The notes: generated by a model not told the origin, from the sequence alone. Shown: positions 21,242 through 32,407, counted from the first letter of the stretch. The stretch: 64,000 nucleotides of DNA from Ignavibacteriota bacterium (GCA_963776275.1 CAVZMI010000018.1:166257-230256), one strand, 5' to 3'. Made by a program: numbers and translations.

Positions 21242-23551
21242 CTACCGAAAATTGTCCAGTACTATAATCCTGTTCTTGGTCTCAGGTCTCATAAATACCA
21301 GTTTCTTACCATCAGGAGAAACAGAAGCTATGGGGGTTGACCTTGGCATTTCTCTTATCTTTTCGACCATTCCGTTTGTTTGATACACTCTTACCAGAGT
21401 ATTAATTCGGGAAGCTGCATCCCATATGCATCCAAGAATTGATTTGTCATCGGGCATAGAACATAAGAACCGAAAAGATTTCGGGATCTTTATCAGATGT
21501 TTACTTTTACCTACATCCAAAGGTATGGACCACATACCAATTGAATCTTGAACTATGGCACTCTTTGAGTCCCACGAAAAGTGTGGCCACACAGGGAATA
21601 GAAAAGCGATTTCCTTAATCACCTTTTCAGGAGAAGATGTGAGTGCTAACAATACTCGATCCCATTTTTCAGATGCATACATGACGTATTTTCCATCCCT
21701 GGAGATATCAAGTGGTCCACCGTCTTCTATTTTCCTGGTGACGTTTGTGGCAAGCTCATGCGCAAAGAGACTGTACTGAACATCTATGGAATCCGGATTC
21801 TTTCTTATTGTATCATTTCGATAGCCATCGAAAAAGATCGATTTCATATCTGCGGACCAACGTATCATCATTCCCAATATCATTATGTTTTTCTCGATTG
21901 CTGGTACAAATTTAGCTGGCTCGCTTCCATCCTTATTGCATATCACAAATCCGTTTTGCGAGTGTTCGAATGCATTTTCCAGCCAGTAGATGAGTTTGCT
22001 TCCATCCGGAGAATATGCACCCATCCAGACATTCGCATCCTCGAACGTCAATTGCTGAAGTTCCTTGGTCTGAAGATCGATTGTCCAGAGATTGGATGTC
22101 CGAGACCCATTCAAGTATACTAGGTGTTTAGCGTCCTTTGATATGCGTGGGCACATGTCGGCACCGGCACCCCCCAGTGTGAGCTGCTTCGGCGCTCCGC
22201 CTTCCTCAGGCATGACCCATAAGCCTATACCTCCGCTGCGGTTTGAATTGAAGACGATCTCTCCAGTCGAAGTCCAACAAAAATCATCGATCACCTTCTT
22301 GTCAAATGTGATCTGATGTTCAGTGCTATCGTTCACATCGCGCACAAAAATCTCTGAGTAACGGCCGTTTGCGATATTTTCAAAACTTCTAAGGAATGCA
22401 AGCCGTCTCGAATCAGGTGACCAAGCAACATTATAGAAAAATAATGGTTTGAACTGTGTAATTTTTTTTATCTCCGTTCCGTCTGGATTGATGATGGAGA
22501 GTTCCGTTTCGAAAATGGAGGGGTATTGGCGGAAGAAGGCAATATGTTTTCCATCCGGTGACCACCTTGGAAGGCAACCGTTATCGACCAGTTTGCGAGG
22601 TGTTCCGCCAAGAGTAGGGATGATGTCTATTCCGTCATCACCCTCATAGGCGATCTGACTGGCGTCAGGCGAGAAACATGGATCTTGGTAAGAAACCAAC
22701 CCTGTGTCGTTTGTAATTTTCCGTGGCTCGCCTCCTGAGGAGGAAATAATATACAAGTTTATACATCGGTGTAGATGGCTTTTAGAATCATCGACTCTGT
22801 AAACAATCCAGTTTCCATCGGGAGAAATGTTCGGTTGGAAGACATTATCCTCTCCTGTTTTCAACGTTCGTGTCACCATTGGTGTTGAAGGTTTGTTGAG
22901 TAGCTCAATCCCGATAAAAATACCAATAGCTACCACAAATAATCCTGCTAGTGCATAAATCCAGTTCTTTCTTTTTTTTCTTCTCCTCTTGGATTTGTGT
23001 GCAGAAGCTGCTATGGATCCTACAAGGATTTCATAAATCTCAATTTTCTCTTTGATATTCTTGAGCTCTTTGGGTCCAAGCGAGACTACTTGAAGATCTA
23101 ATTTGTGCCTTACTAAATTATACACCTCCTGCGAGATACAAATGCCCCCCGGCTCAGCTAGCGGTTCAATACGAGAAGCAATGTTTACACCATCGCCAAA
23201 TACATCATTATCTTTGACAACGATGTCACCCATATGAATACCGATACGAAGAAGTATCTTTTCTTTGTCCGCAGCGCTCTCGTTATACTTACCGAAACGC
23301 TCCTGAATATCAATGGCACACCGAACAGCATTAGCAACTGTTGTAAAACTCACAAGAAAGGCATCGCCCATCATTTTGATTTCCTTGCCATCGTGTTTAT
23401 TGAGAGCATCTCTGACGATTTGATTATGACGACTAAGAAGCTTCATGGTGAGATTTTCATTCTCCTGCATCATCTTGCTGTATCCGACGATATCGGAGAA
23501 CATTATGACAGAGAGATGTGTTTGGCTTTCGGGGTTCGTTATGTCAGGCAT
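21242..23551 (-). CDS. Class III adenylate/guanylate cyclase with TM helix and TolB-like (PD40) beta-propellers
   Basis: IMFSDIVGYS, KMMGDA, DVFGDGVNIASRIE; repeated SPDG motifs after the TM helix. Confidence 0.88.
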   Translation of the reverse strand: MPDITNPESQTHLSVIMFSDIVGYSKMMQENENLTMKLLSRHNQIVRDALNKHDGKEIKMMGDAFLVSFTTVANAVRCAIDIQERFGKYNESAADKEKILLRIGIHMGDIVVKDNDVFGDGVNIASRIEPLAEPGGICISQEVYNLVRHKLDLQVVSLGPKELKNIKEKIEIYEILVGSIAASAHKSKRRRKKRKNWIYALAGLFVVAIGIFIGIELLNKPSTPMVTRTLKTGEDNVFQPNISPDGNWIVYRVDDSKSHLHRCINLYIISSSGGEPRKITNDTGLVSYQDPCFSPDASQIAYEGDDGIDIIPTLGGTPRKLVDNGCLPRWSPDGKHIAFFRQYPSIFETELSIINPDGTEIKKITQFKPLFFYNVAWSPDSRRLAFLRSFENIANGRYSEIFVRDVNDSTEHQITFDKKVIDDFCWTSTGEIVFNSNRSGGIGLWVMPEEGGAPKQLTLGGAGADMCPRISKDAKHLVYLNGSRTSNLWTIDLQTKELQQLTFEDANVWMGAYSPDGSKLIYWLENAFEHSQNGFVICNKDGSEPAKFVPAIEKNIMILGMMIRWSADMKSIFFDGYRNDTIRKNPDSIDVQYSLFAHELATNVTRKIEDGGPLDISRDGKYVMYASEKWDRVLLALTSSPEKVIKEIAFLFPVWPHFSWDSKSAIVQDSIGMWSIPLDVGKSKHLIKIPKSFRFLCSMPDDKSILGCIWDAASRINTLVRVYQTNGMVEKIREMPRSTPIASVSPDGKKLVFMRPETKNRIIVLDNFR

Positions 23552-23723
23552 TTATGGATCCTTCAATTGGCATTGTGGGCTTTCTCTTTATTCTACTACA
23601 TCTCTACTTCATTAGCAACATCTTCTTCGTCTCACCCAACGGTATGGAGTAAACTCTACTTGTTGATTCGTTACCAATATGTGCCTGTCCGCCGTAGCCG
23701 AAGGCGTAGGCGGGCTTTTAAAC

Positions 23724-24755
23724 CTACTTGAGTATTACTCCCCATTCTGTAACGACAAAACCATTTCGTTCGAACTTAGGAATTGGCGGAGTAGGAAGCT
23801 TCTTTCCGATGTCGTTCGTTCCTTGTATGACATAGAAGAGGCGAAGCATATTATCCGGCTGTTCGGAGATTTTCAAACGAATCACTTTCCCGATCTCATC
23901 GGCAAATTGGGGATAAATGATATAATATGGATATTCAACCAGTCTTGGAATCCAATACTCGATAAAATCGCTTTTTTCATGCTGATTAAAACCGGCGAGA
24001 AGGAGATTGTTCGAGAAGAATGACGTAAGTGTATCTCTGCTGACAATCCAGCCTGAAGTATATTGAAAGGCATCCGGATTTTTACTCTCGTAAAAGAGAT
24101 AGTCGTACTGTCGATCGATCTTGCCGGACGGTTCTACGGAAACATTCCAACCGCCGGAATACAATGGAATCGATTGAAGAATGGATCCTCCCAGCGGAAA
24201 TTCCAATGCGACGGACAGATTGCGTGTAGTTCGCGGATAGAGATAAATATTAGGTTTGCGAACGATCGGATGAGAAGTATCGATAATAGTTATTTGAATG
24301 CGCTGCGGGCGTTCGATCTCTGCATTGTCAAAGCGAGCAGAGATGGATACATCCGCCTCATAATTTCCGGGCATCAGGGCACCCACAGAACTCAGAATAT
24401 TGAATGGTCCAAGCCATCGGTTTGTTATGGTGGAATCGGCTTCCAGTACACCACGATGAACTATTTCCGGCCAGGCAAAGCCATAATATTGCCGGGAAAT
24501 GATTGTGTCGTTTCGGGTGATAAAGATATCCGAAACGGGTCCTGTCCATGTGTATTTCTGATCAATGCCGGTCTTATTGGTCATCTGAAAAATCAAGTAG
24601 AACGGATAGCCTCTCTGGAAGACGGTACTGGGATTTCCGAGTGTATCGGTAATTGAGAATGATGTCGAGATAGTTTCATCTGGTTGGGTCGTCTCATCCA
24701 TATTGCAACCGATCATCACTCCAGCAACCAAAAGAAGGGTTATCAAATTTTTCAT
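23724..24755 (-). CDS. Lipoprotein with conserved 'KPxIYLYP' domain
   Basis: Lipobox MIGC; KPNIYLYP, YDYLFYE, FIEYWIP, FVVTEWG. Confidence 0.7.
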   Translation of the reverse strand: MKNLITLLLVAGVMIGCNMDETTQPDETISTSFSITDTLGNPSTVFQRGYPFYLIFQMTNKTGIDQKYTWTGPVSDIFITRNDTIISRQYYGFAWPEIVHRGVLEADSTITNRWLGPFNILSSVGALMPGNYEADVSISARFDNAEIERPQRIQITIIDTSHPIVRKPNIYLYPRTTRNLSVALEFPLGGSILQSIPLYSGGWNVSVEPSGKIDRQYDYLFYESKNPDAFQYTSGWIVSRDTLTSFFSNNLLLAGFNQHEKSDFIEYWIPRLVEYPYYIIYPQFADEIGKVIRLKISEQPDNMLRLFYVIQGTNDIGKKLPTPPIPKFERNGFVVTEWGVILK

Positions 24756-24799
24756 TGATGTCTCCAGCTGTTAGACCTAAGATAAACTTACAATTCTTC

Positions 24800-24981
24800 A
24801 GCTAACGATTTCAATACCGCGTAGCGGTCTCACCTCGCTGAGTCCGCCTCGCTCGCCTCGCTTCCCGTCTCGCCCGACTAGCGTCGGTCTCGACGAGGCG
24901 GACGCTCGTCGAAGTGGGTCGAGCCTCGGCGATATGGGCTCGGCGAAGCGGGACCGTTTTATGGTATAGGTTCTGTTAGGC
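24800..24981 (-). other. attC-like site with internal REP palindromes
   Basis: Minus strand GCCTAAC (24981-24975) ... GTTAGCT (24806-24800). Confidence 0.7.
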
Positions 24982-25013
24982 GTTCGTTGTGTTGCTCAGT
25001 TGCTCCTCACTCT

Positions 25014-25487
25014 TTAAAAATGTAAAGATTTTAGTTTTGCTGTGTTGACTTTACACCTTTCTTCAATTCGTTTCATCTCATCGGCAAATGAGCAGAAGAG
25101 CGTCCAATAGGGACTGTTTTTGTTCATATCGGCCCAAAAGTTTTTGCTTTCATAGCAACGGATAGCATAATACGAGAACATATAGTGAGCCAGGTCTTTC
25201 TTAAGTAGACCGGTATTTACCATAAGTGCAACTGTCTCGAAGAAAGAAAGGAAATGGTATTTTTTAGCATAACCCAGCTTGGTTAGATAGAGTGAATTGG
25301 TATCGAGATACTTGCAGATCTGACTTAACACCACAACTTCATTTAGTTGTTTATGTAACTCGGAGAAGTATTCTGCTCGTTTCATTGCATTGTTTCTTGA
25401 GTACTCGATCACACCTTTGATGAGAGCTAACAAACCAACAATACCGCCAACTAATAGAATTATGTTTTTTATTGTTTCCCAATCCAT
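25014..25487 (-). CDS. Hypothetical protein, N-terminal TM plus helical domain (DUF4760-like)
   Basis: TM helix then FLSFFETVALMVNTGLL; AGGAG RBS. Confidence 0.6.
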   Translation of the reverse strand: MDWETIKNIILLVGGIVGLLALIKGVIEYSRNNAMKRAEYFSELHKQLNEVVVLSQICKYLDTNSLYLTKLGYAKKYHFLSFFETVALMVNTGLLKKDLAHYMFSYYAIRCYESKNFWADMNKNSPYWTLFCSFADEMKRIEERCKVNTAKLKSLHF

Positions 25488-25525
25488 AGGTCTTCTCCTA
25501 TCTTATTCTCATGCAAAACAATGAT

Positions 25526-25718
25526 GTATAACGATATCTATACTACGTAGTAGTACTGCTTCGCCGTCCTAAAGGACTGCTACGCCGTATTCAATCAACT
25601 AATAAAAGCGGCGGCGTACTCCCACTAAGCCAAAGGTCGTCAGACTTCGATCGTCGGATTGCGGCGAGCCGCTCCGCCGCTCTCGGTCTTCCGCATCGGC
25701 TCGATGCAGTTGATATGC
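25526..25718 (-). other. attC-like site, about 150 bp homologous to 30016-30170
   Basis: Minus strand GTTATAC at 25532-25526; shared block tagtagtactg..cgtcctaaaggactgc..cgccgtattcaatcaactaataaaa..gccaaaggtcgtcagacttcgatcgtc. Confidence 0.7.
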
Positions 25719-25723
25719 CGCTC

Positions 25724-26707
25724 TTATCCTAAAATCTGCTGAAGGATTACCATTGCCGCTCCTCTTATTTGTTCAGATTGGTGATCGAGGACACGGAATT
25801 TCTCTGGCCAGAGAGGATCTTGGGGGGCCTTCAGCTCCCGCCAATACAACTTGAGGACTCTTTCTGTTCTCTCTACCTGCTGCATCGCACCTGCCAAATC
25901 GCCTCTGCCTGCTGGTTCGTCCGAGATCTCGCCAAGATCTACCTTTTTCATTGATCGCATCGATCGCACGCCCTGCATCCCCTGTAAGAGTATCACGATA
26001 GTCTGTTCATAAGCATACCAGCGTTGGCTTACAAGAGCCGTTTTCAAGTAGTCGTGACCAAGCGCAATGAACTCCGAGCGAGGCTTGTCAGTAATCTTCC
26101 GTAGCCCCTGGGCCTCAGCCGGAAACCAATTGTATAAGAGACCGTACGTGCCATAAGTATCGATGAGTTGCTTGGCACTATTGAGTGGGACGGTAATCTC
26201 TCCGATACATAGTTCAGCTTCGCCCGAGTACACTGCGTCGGGAATTTGTTCAAATCGCTTCAGGACCTCTTGACCCGCTATCCCTGCGTAATCGAAGTCC
26301 CCAGGGATTAGCCAGTAAACATCATAGACGGTAGCACGTGCATCGAAAGCATTACCGAATCCATGGAGCCACATTTGGCAGCTATCAACACTCCACGTGT
26401 TAAGTATGGTCGAGTACTTCTCCACATAATCGCTCAAAAACTTGAGAAAATCCCCATTACCACAGCTACGGTGATAGGTTTGACGATTGAGTACAGTAAT
26501 CGGCTTCGCATAACGCGATTCATTCTCCGCGACTCGCTTGATGAGGTCTCCGTAAAGCGCCTCAAGATGCCGTGTGTCGCGTGGTTGCACGAAAGGATAG
26601 GTGACGATCGGGTGTACTTTCCGCCTTCCCATAGTTAATTCACCGGAGTCGTGCTCAGCGGTACCAATGGACTTAACCGGATTAGAATTCAGCTGTGTAC
26701 TACTCAT
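25724..26707 (-). CDS. Hypothetical protein, possibly a divergent GT-A glycosyltransferase fold
   Basis: GGAGG RBS; WLIPGDFDY (DxD-like) motif; fold assignment tentative. Confidence 0.5.
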   Translation of the reverse strand: MSSTQLNSNPVKSIGTAEHDSGELTMGRRKVHPIVTYPFVQPRDTRHLEALYGDLIKRVAENESRYAKPITVLNRQTYHRSCGNGDFLKFLSDYVEKYSTILNTWSVDSCQMWLHGFGNAFDARATVYDVYWLIPGDFDYAGIAGQEVLKRFEQIPDAVYSGEAELCIGEITVPLNSAKQLIDTYGTYGLLYNWFPAEAQGLRKITDKPRSEFIALGHDYLKTALVSQRWYAYEQTIVILLQGMQGVRSMRSMKKVDLGEISDEPAGRGDLAGAMQQVERTERVLKLYWRELKAPQDPLWPEKFRVLDHQSEQIRGAAMVILQQILG

Positions 26708-27163
26708 AACATGCCTCCTTCAATGATTATCTATCGCTGCTTTAAAGTGGTCCAACATAGTTTTTATACTGCCACCTTCCGTGTTTCAACACGGATAGGG
26801 GCGGCCTGCGATGTATAAAGTCAAGAGCCAACCTTTTGGTGATAAAGTGTAAGAACTCAAACCAGCCTGCCCGCTGTTCTCTTTCTCCGGTTTTGTTTAC
26901 ATCCGCCGCTCTAGTGTTTCGATCTTTTCCGTCCCACGATTCTCGTGTTGTTCACGACCCACGTTCCAATTTTTTTATGTCCCACGTTGTTTGTGGGATA
27001 TGTGGGACTGTGGGGCACAGTGGGGCTGTGGGACTCATGTCCAACGGTTTCGAATTGTTTATTGATCAATATGATTTCGGTGAACATAATGTAACTCTCA
27101 ACTTGCTACTTATAAACATTTACTCTATAGAAGATATTAGAAACATTGAAAACTTAAAATACA

Positions 27164-28772
27164 TTACATACGAGTCCACAACCACACTGCCAAGAGACCC
27201 AAGAGCAGAAAGACTCCCGGCAAGATGACAAGAAATCTCGATACCCTGCCAAAAAAGAAGTGCGAGTTTAGTTTTTGATAAAGTGGGAAGAATAGATATG
27301 CGAATCCCTGCCCGATAAGAATAGGACTAAATGGTGAAAGCCATTTAATAGCACAAATCAGTGCTACCAAACCCAGTATAACCATCAGAACTGATTCCCT
27401 CACGGGTAACTTACTTTCCTCGTTGTTTTTGGGTGTTGTAACAAAAGAAGGTTTAAAAAATAAATGCTTGAAAAACGACCAACCGGCTATCGGCAGTGCA
27501 GCAGTATATATCGCCGATGAACCAGAAATAAAAGCGGACTGCTGCAGTGAAATTTTCAGTCACAGATACTTGGAGGGCGAGAATGCCAAACAGCATGAAA
27601 GTATACAAATAAGGCAAGACAGGATGAAGAAATGGTAGCCCTTCTTCACAAAGTCTGAAAGTGACGAAGGACCCGAGAAAGCCATTCAACACAATAAAGG
27701 GTGTCATTATATACCAAAATAGCATCATAGTGAAATCCCATTTCTCAACAGTTTTGGCAGGCCCGAGAAGAAAAGGAAATACCTTGGAACGTGATAACTC
27801 CGCCGTCCCCGATGCGAATTTCTTTAGCCGGATCATGAAACTACCGAAATCGGCTGGGAACTCTTCATAGCTGATAACCTCTTTGAAATACTTTCCTCGT
27901 TGTCTCTTGTTTGCTACGTTCAAGGCGAATCCAAAATCCTCCGAGACAATTTCTGGGAATTTCCCAATTTTGGTCCATGCTGATCTGCGAATCATGGCAC
28001 CGTGGCCGAGTAATGGGACAAAACCGCAAGATTCCCGATGATCCATGTCGCGGAAATAGTACAGCGAAATACCAGGTGAGAGAGCTTTTTGGAATTGACT
28101 GCCTCCCTCATTTCCATTTTTTCCATCAACAATCGACCGTTGTGCTGCCTGAATGAAAGCCACCTCCGGATCGTTGTCCGGTAGTCTTTCAACAAAGTCC
28201 GATATGTACGTTGGGGGCAATACTTGATCTGCATCGACTAAGAGGATCCATTCTTCCTTCACATGATGCTCGATCGCATAGTTCAGATTGCCGGCTTTGA
28301 ATCCACTATTCGTTGGACGACGTATTAATTTGCATTTGCCCGGGTGTTCACCAACAAAGTGTTCTACAATTTTTTTGTATTCTGGTTTCTTGCTGTCGTC
28401 GCAAACGTAGAACTTGAACTCCTGGTAGTCCTGATACAGGCAAGATGAACACGATGCAATATTGAAGTCATCGCAAGTCGTATATAGTACGGCGATCTCC
28501 AATTGGTTACTGTGTTTTTTTCTGGCTGGTGCCTCCTTTGAAAACAGTGAACTCAACTGAAAAGTGAGGTGATGAAGCGCCCAGAGAAGTACGATCCACC
28601 ATACCCATGCGCTGATATGAGCGAGAATGGATAAAGTGGAGTTAGAGATATCGTATCGATGCACCCATGGCCAAAAGGCAACGACGACGAGCAAACCCCA
28701 TACAACAATCGCCAAAAGAATCAGATAAGGTTTCTTCTGGTACGATGAAACGATCGATCCCTTTTTATTCAT
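27164..28772 (-). CDS. Glycosyltransferase family 2 (cellulose-synthase-like), frameshift near 27500
   Basis: VCDDS, GFKAGNLN, LVDADQ, GHGAMIRR, VSEDF; TM helices continue into ORF 27164-27403. Confidence 0.85.
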
Positions 28773-29965
28773 TGCATCCTCCGTACGATTTCTTTAACAG
28801 CAGGTCTTGCAGTATGATCGTTCTCGAATAATCCCGTATATGGATCCCAGGGGTAATATGGCCATCTGTCAATCTTCCATGGCATATCGAATGAACTAAG
28901 TACGGAATAAGAAACGTTGCTTGGCCATCCTGAGAGAGCGTCCCTTTGAGACTCGCGAATCGTGCGAAAGAATTCTGCCTGCTGGTCGAGTGAGGCGTTT
29001 TTGATGCCGGCCATCGGGTAGCAAACCATTTTTAATAGAATGGGCCTTCCCATTCTCCCTTTCTGCGAAGCGAGTAAATTTGCCCAATTCATCGTTAGTT
29101 TTGCGTCTCGATTTCCATCAGCAACAAATTTACCGCTATCATTTCTGCAATCTACATGGGAATCCGGGAATACCCAGTCACCTATGCTTAGGAGGTTCTC
29201 GTCGCTGAGATATTGTTTCAATAGTTCTGTCGTTGATACTGGACGGAAGGTTTTCCATCGTACTTCCCGGATCCTTCTTATGAGGTCTCCATCTTGATAT
29301 CGTGGACCCAATCCGTTATGGCCGATACAATAGGCGTCGACAAATTCTTTTTTTGATATTGCAATTGCTACTTCTTTCTCGTCACGCGGATCCCAGATAC
29401 CCATGATGACCATATGACCTTTCTTTTTTGCAAGTTCTGGAATAAATGAAAGAGTTCCGCGGCTTGACATAGTGATTATTCCATCGAAACCTGCGTCTTT
29501 GATACAACCGAGCTCTTTCCTCATAGAATCGATGTCAGGGTTTGGATTACGATCGGGGTCGTAATGGTTGGGATCATATAATATCCATTGATGCTTGGAA
29601 ATTAAATCGGGCAACTCATCTTTAGCAATAAAGAATTCCGAGATAAGGGGCCCTATTATCATCCAGGATACTATCAGGAGAAGAAAGTTGCAGGCACCTA
29701 ATATAACAAGCCGACCTCTTTTCTTGTACGTATTAGTCCTGTTACTTTTGAGTGAATTCATTATGAGCAAAATAAAGAATGATAGCTGTGCTAAAACAAC
29801 TAAGAGCCCATCCGCGATCTCATATAAGAATAGAGTAGGTCTGATTTTTCGTATCAGCTCGAGTAGCGTAGGGACAGACAATAGGACAGTAATCACCCCT
29901 CCCACGACACTGGCAAGTACGTCCTTAAGAAATTGGGTATGTGAAGACTTTTGGACAAGTTTCAT
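28769..29965 (-). CDS. Membrane-anchored glycoside hydrolase-like protein (GH17-like TIM barrel)
   Basis: Three N-terminal TM helices; VIMGIWD, PVSTTE, SFDMPWK, GLFEND; ATGA overlap with the GT2 gene. Confidence 0.55.
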   Translation of the reverse strand: MKLVQKSSHTQFLKDVLASVVGGVITVLLSVPTLLELIRKIRPTLFLYEIADGLLVVLAQLSFFILLIMNSLKSNRTNTYKKRGRLVILGACNFLLLIVSWMIIGPLISEFFIAKDELPDLISKHQWILYDPNHYDPDRNPNPDIDSMRKELGCIKDAGFDGIITMSSRGTLSFIPELAKKKGHMVIMGIWDPRDEKEVAIAISKKEFVDAYCIGHNGLGPRYQDGDLIRRIREVRWKTFRPVSTTELLKQYLSDENLLSIGDWVFPDSHVDCRNDSGKFVADGNRDAKLTMNWANLLASQKGRMGRPILLKMVCYPMAGIKNASLDQQAEFFRTIRESQRDALSGWPSNVSYSVLSSFDMPWKIDRWPYYPWDPYTGLFENDHTARPAVKEIVRRMQ

Positions 29966-30608
29966 TGGAGTTCAATTTATTGTCTTTTCATGTATTATCT
30001 GCAAAAAGCAATTTTAACTAACGATTTCTGCACTACATAGTAGTACTGTTTCACCGTCCTAAAGGACTGCTTCGCCGTATTCAATCAACTAATAAAAACA
30101 ACTGGCTACTCCCACTCAGCCAAAGGTCGTCAGACTTCGATCGTCAGATTGCGACGAACAGCTCCGCCGAGCGAAGCGAGGCGAAGAGTCGAGGCATGCT
30201 AAATCGAAAAATATTGAGAGGCCCTCGACTGGCTTCGACAAGCTCAGCCCCAGCCGCTCGGGCCGACGTTGTAACATAAAATATTTTAGAAAAGACTCCT
30301 CGTCATGCCGAGTCCCGCCCTTTCCTTCGATCCCCCCGTCCCGACTGAAAGCCGGGACGGGATCGGGACTCAGGACAAGCGGGCGGGAAGGCATGCTAGA
30401 TAGTTCATCGTTATTCCGAGTCCCACGGTTTAACATTTCGATCTTTTCTGTCCCACGCCTCTGGCGAAAATCTTTTTCAATTGCGGGAGCGCCTGCCCCG
30501 ACACGTTTCTAGTCGGCGTCGTGGTGCGGCGTGTCATCCGTTCGTGTTCGTTGGCCTGCAATATACCTCGCAATTATATCCCTAGCGTTAAAGAACAGAA
30601 TCCTTTTA

Positions 30609-31022
30609 TTATGAGGTAATATAAACCCAAATTTGCACATTTTCAGTTTTGTTGGGAGGTCGTCCCGTTAACCATAATCCCATCTGCGGTCCGACTACAT
30701 CGAACGCCTGGATGTTTTGACTCATGGCCCGGGTAAACATCTGTGACAACGTCGCTCCACTGATTTTTCCCATGTTGACCATGATTTTTTTGGCGCTCGT
30801 TGTGCCTACTCTGACATAAACCTTATGATAACCACTGAGATTGATAGTATTGCCTGTGTGGGGATCAAGAGGCACTTCAGCTTCGCCATATTGGCTAAAC
30901 GTTATTACTGCCGCTGTATCAACAAGACATATGAATCGGGTGGCCGCCAGCTGCGCTTTGGCGGGAGGCGCCAGAGCCAGAATCAGCGCAATAACTGCGA
31001 GGACAAATGCGATTTTTTTCAT
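30609..31022 (-). CDS. Small secreted hypothetical protein
   Basis: Signal peptide MKKIAFVLAVIALILALAPPAKA. Confidence 0.65.
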   Translation of the reverse strand: MKKIAFVLAVIALILALAPPAKAQLAATRFICLVDTAAVITFSQYGEAEVPLDPHTGNTINLSGYHKVYVRVGTTSAKKIMVNMGKISGATLSQMFTRAMSQNIQAFDVVGPQMGLWLTGRPPNKTENVQIWVYITS

Positions 31023-31105
31023 GACAATTTTCCTTTCTTTATTGGTGTTTGGATTATCGTGCAATTGAATGATGGCTAACATTCAATGGCCGCGTTGTCT
31101 GTGAT

Positions 31106-31478
31106 GTATAACGTTTACATTATGAAAAGGCCCGTGCCGTGCGGAGCACGGCACGGGGTCTCGATTCCACTAAGTGTAATCGGACAACCTCACATCGTAG
31201 TTCGTGGTGCACTAAAGTACTACCCTGAGCCCCTCGATTGACTCGGGACAAGCTTGCCGAAGGGTACGACTTCTGCCTCAATCTGCCTTCGACGGATTCC
31301 GACGGACAGGTCGTCGAGCGAGTCCTGAACCCCTCGGTGAACTCGGGGCAAGCATAGCGAAGGACGAGTCGAACCACTTGCGGTGGTTTATATACTAGTA
31401 GTGAGCTCATTGAACCACAACTCGCTACACTTTCTTTTCTTTCTTCTTACCTTCTTTTTAATATAAGTTCTTATACGC
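31106..31478 (-). other. Long attC-like site expanded by REP insertions, homologous to 32240-32407
   Basis: aacgtttacattatgaaaaggcccgt vs aacctttacattataaaaaggcccgt; shared pyrimidine tract and atata(a/g)gttct end. Confidence 0.65.
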
Positions 31479-31499
31479 GACGTGCCGAGTGGAAATGTC

Positions 31500-32213
31500 T
31501 CAGCTTATCGCAAGTTCTACGAGTCGATCCAATTTTGCACAGTCCTCACACTTGTTTAGACGGCTTGGAGCTTTGGTGCTATCAAATATTGCTCTTACTT
31601 GCCTGAGGAGAGGTGGAATTATCTTCTCTGGATCAAGCGTAATAGGGTGAACATTGCTCTTAAACTCCATGTTAAAACCTCTGTCGACCATAACGTTTTC
31701 GACTTGATCCAAGGTTAGATCAGTTAAAGGCTCATAGTAAACAAGACCGAGCGCAGAAACAGGTTTGAAGTCGCCACGGGTTCCAATGAACGCGTATGAA
31801 TTAAGTTGAACTTCATACATTGGTAGTAATTCATCTTGTGTTCCAGTGTATCTTGCTGTTTTGTAGTCGAGGATGACAAAAGAGTGATCCTTCTTTTGAA
31901 TGATCTCGTCAGGAGCACCCCACAGCTTAACATTTGTGTTCTCATCAATAACGAAAAACTTCGTGTAATGCGGAGTCTTGACTGGCTTGTCGAGATCTCC
32001 AAAGTCAGCGAGCCACTTTGGTACGACCGACAGCTTCTGGTGATGCAAGTTTGTCACCTTCTTGGTATAGCTGTCAATGGAACTAAAGATGCCAGGGAAT
32101 ATTTGAAAAGGGAGCTTGTTATCACATCGCATTTTTAGCCAAAAGCACCTCGGGCAAAATTTTCTGAGCGCCAATGCCCCAAGGTTCTTGGCGGAGATTG
32201 TAATTTGATCCAT
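31500..32213 (-). CDS. PD-(D/E)XK nuclease (Cas4/AddB-like, four Cys)
   Basis: CPRC, GAPDE..ILDYKT, QLNSY, CEDC. Confidence 0.85.
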   Translation of the reverse strand: MDQITISAKNLGALALRKFCPRCFWLKMRCDNKLPFQIFPGIFSSIDSYTKKVTNLHHQKLSVVPKWLADFGDLDKPVKTPHYTKFFVIDENTNVKLWGAPDEIIQKKDHSFVILDYKTARYTGTQDELLPMYEVQLNSYAFIGTRGDFKPVSALGLVYYEPLTDLTLDQVENVMVDRGFNMEFKSNVHPITLDPEKIIPPLLRQVRAIFDSTKAPSRLNKCEDCAKLDRLVELAIS

Positions 32214-32239
32214 TCAAACAACTCCTTTCTCGGTATGCC

Positions 32240-32407
32240 GCTTAACCTTTACATTATAAAAAGGCCCGTTCCACACGCTGTACGACGAGATCTCGATGAA
32301 TCGGACAATTTCGCATCGTAGCTCGTGGTGAGCTCGTCGAACCACAGCTCATCGTACTTCTTTTTTCTTCTGCTTACCTTTCTCTTTCAATATAGGTTCT
32401 GTTAGCT
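32240..32407 (-). other. attC-like site
   Basis: Minus strand AGCTAAC (contains the upstream stop TAA) ... GTTAAGC. Confidence 0.78.

Noticed and set aside
30116-30436. ORFs over spacer regions (also 12050-12407, 20868-21186, 26836-27228, 31120-31410)
   Set aside because: They translate REP or attC-like sequence and lack coding features
31500-32213. cas4 of a CRISPR-Cas locus
   Set aside because: No cas1, cas2 or true array nearby
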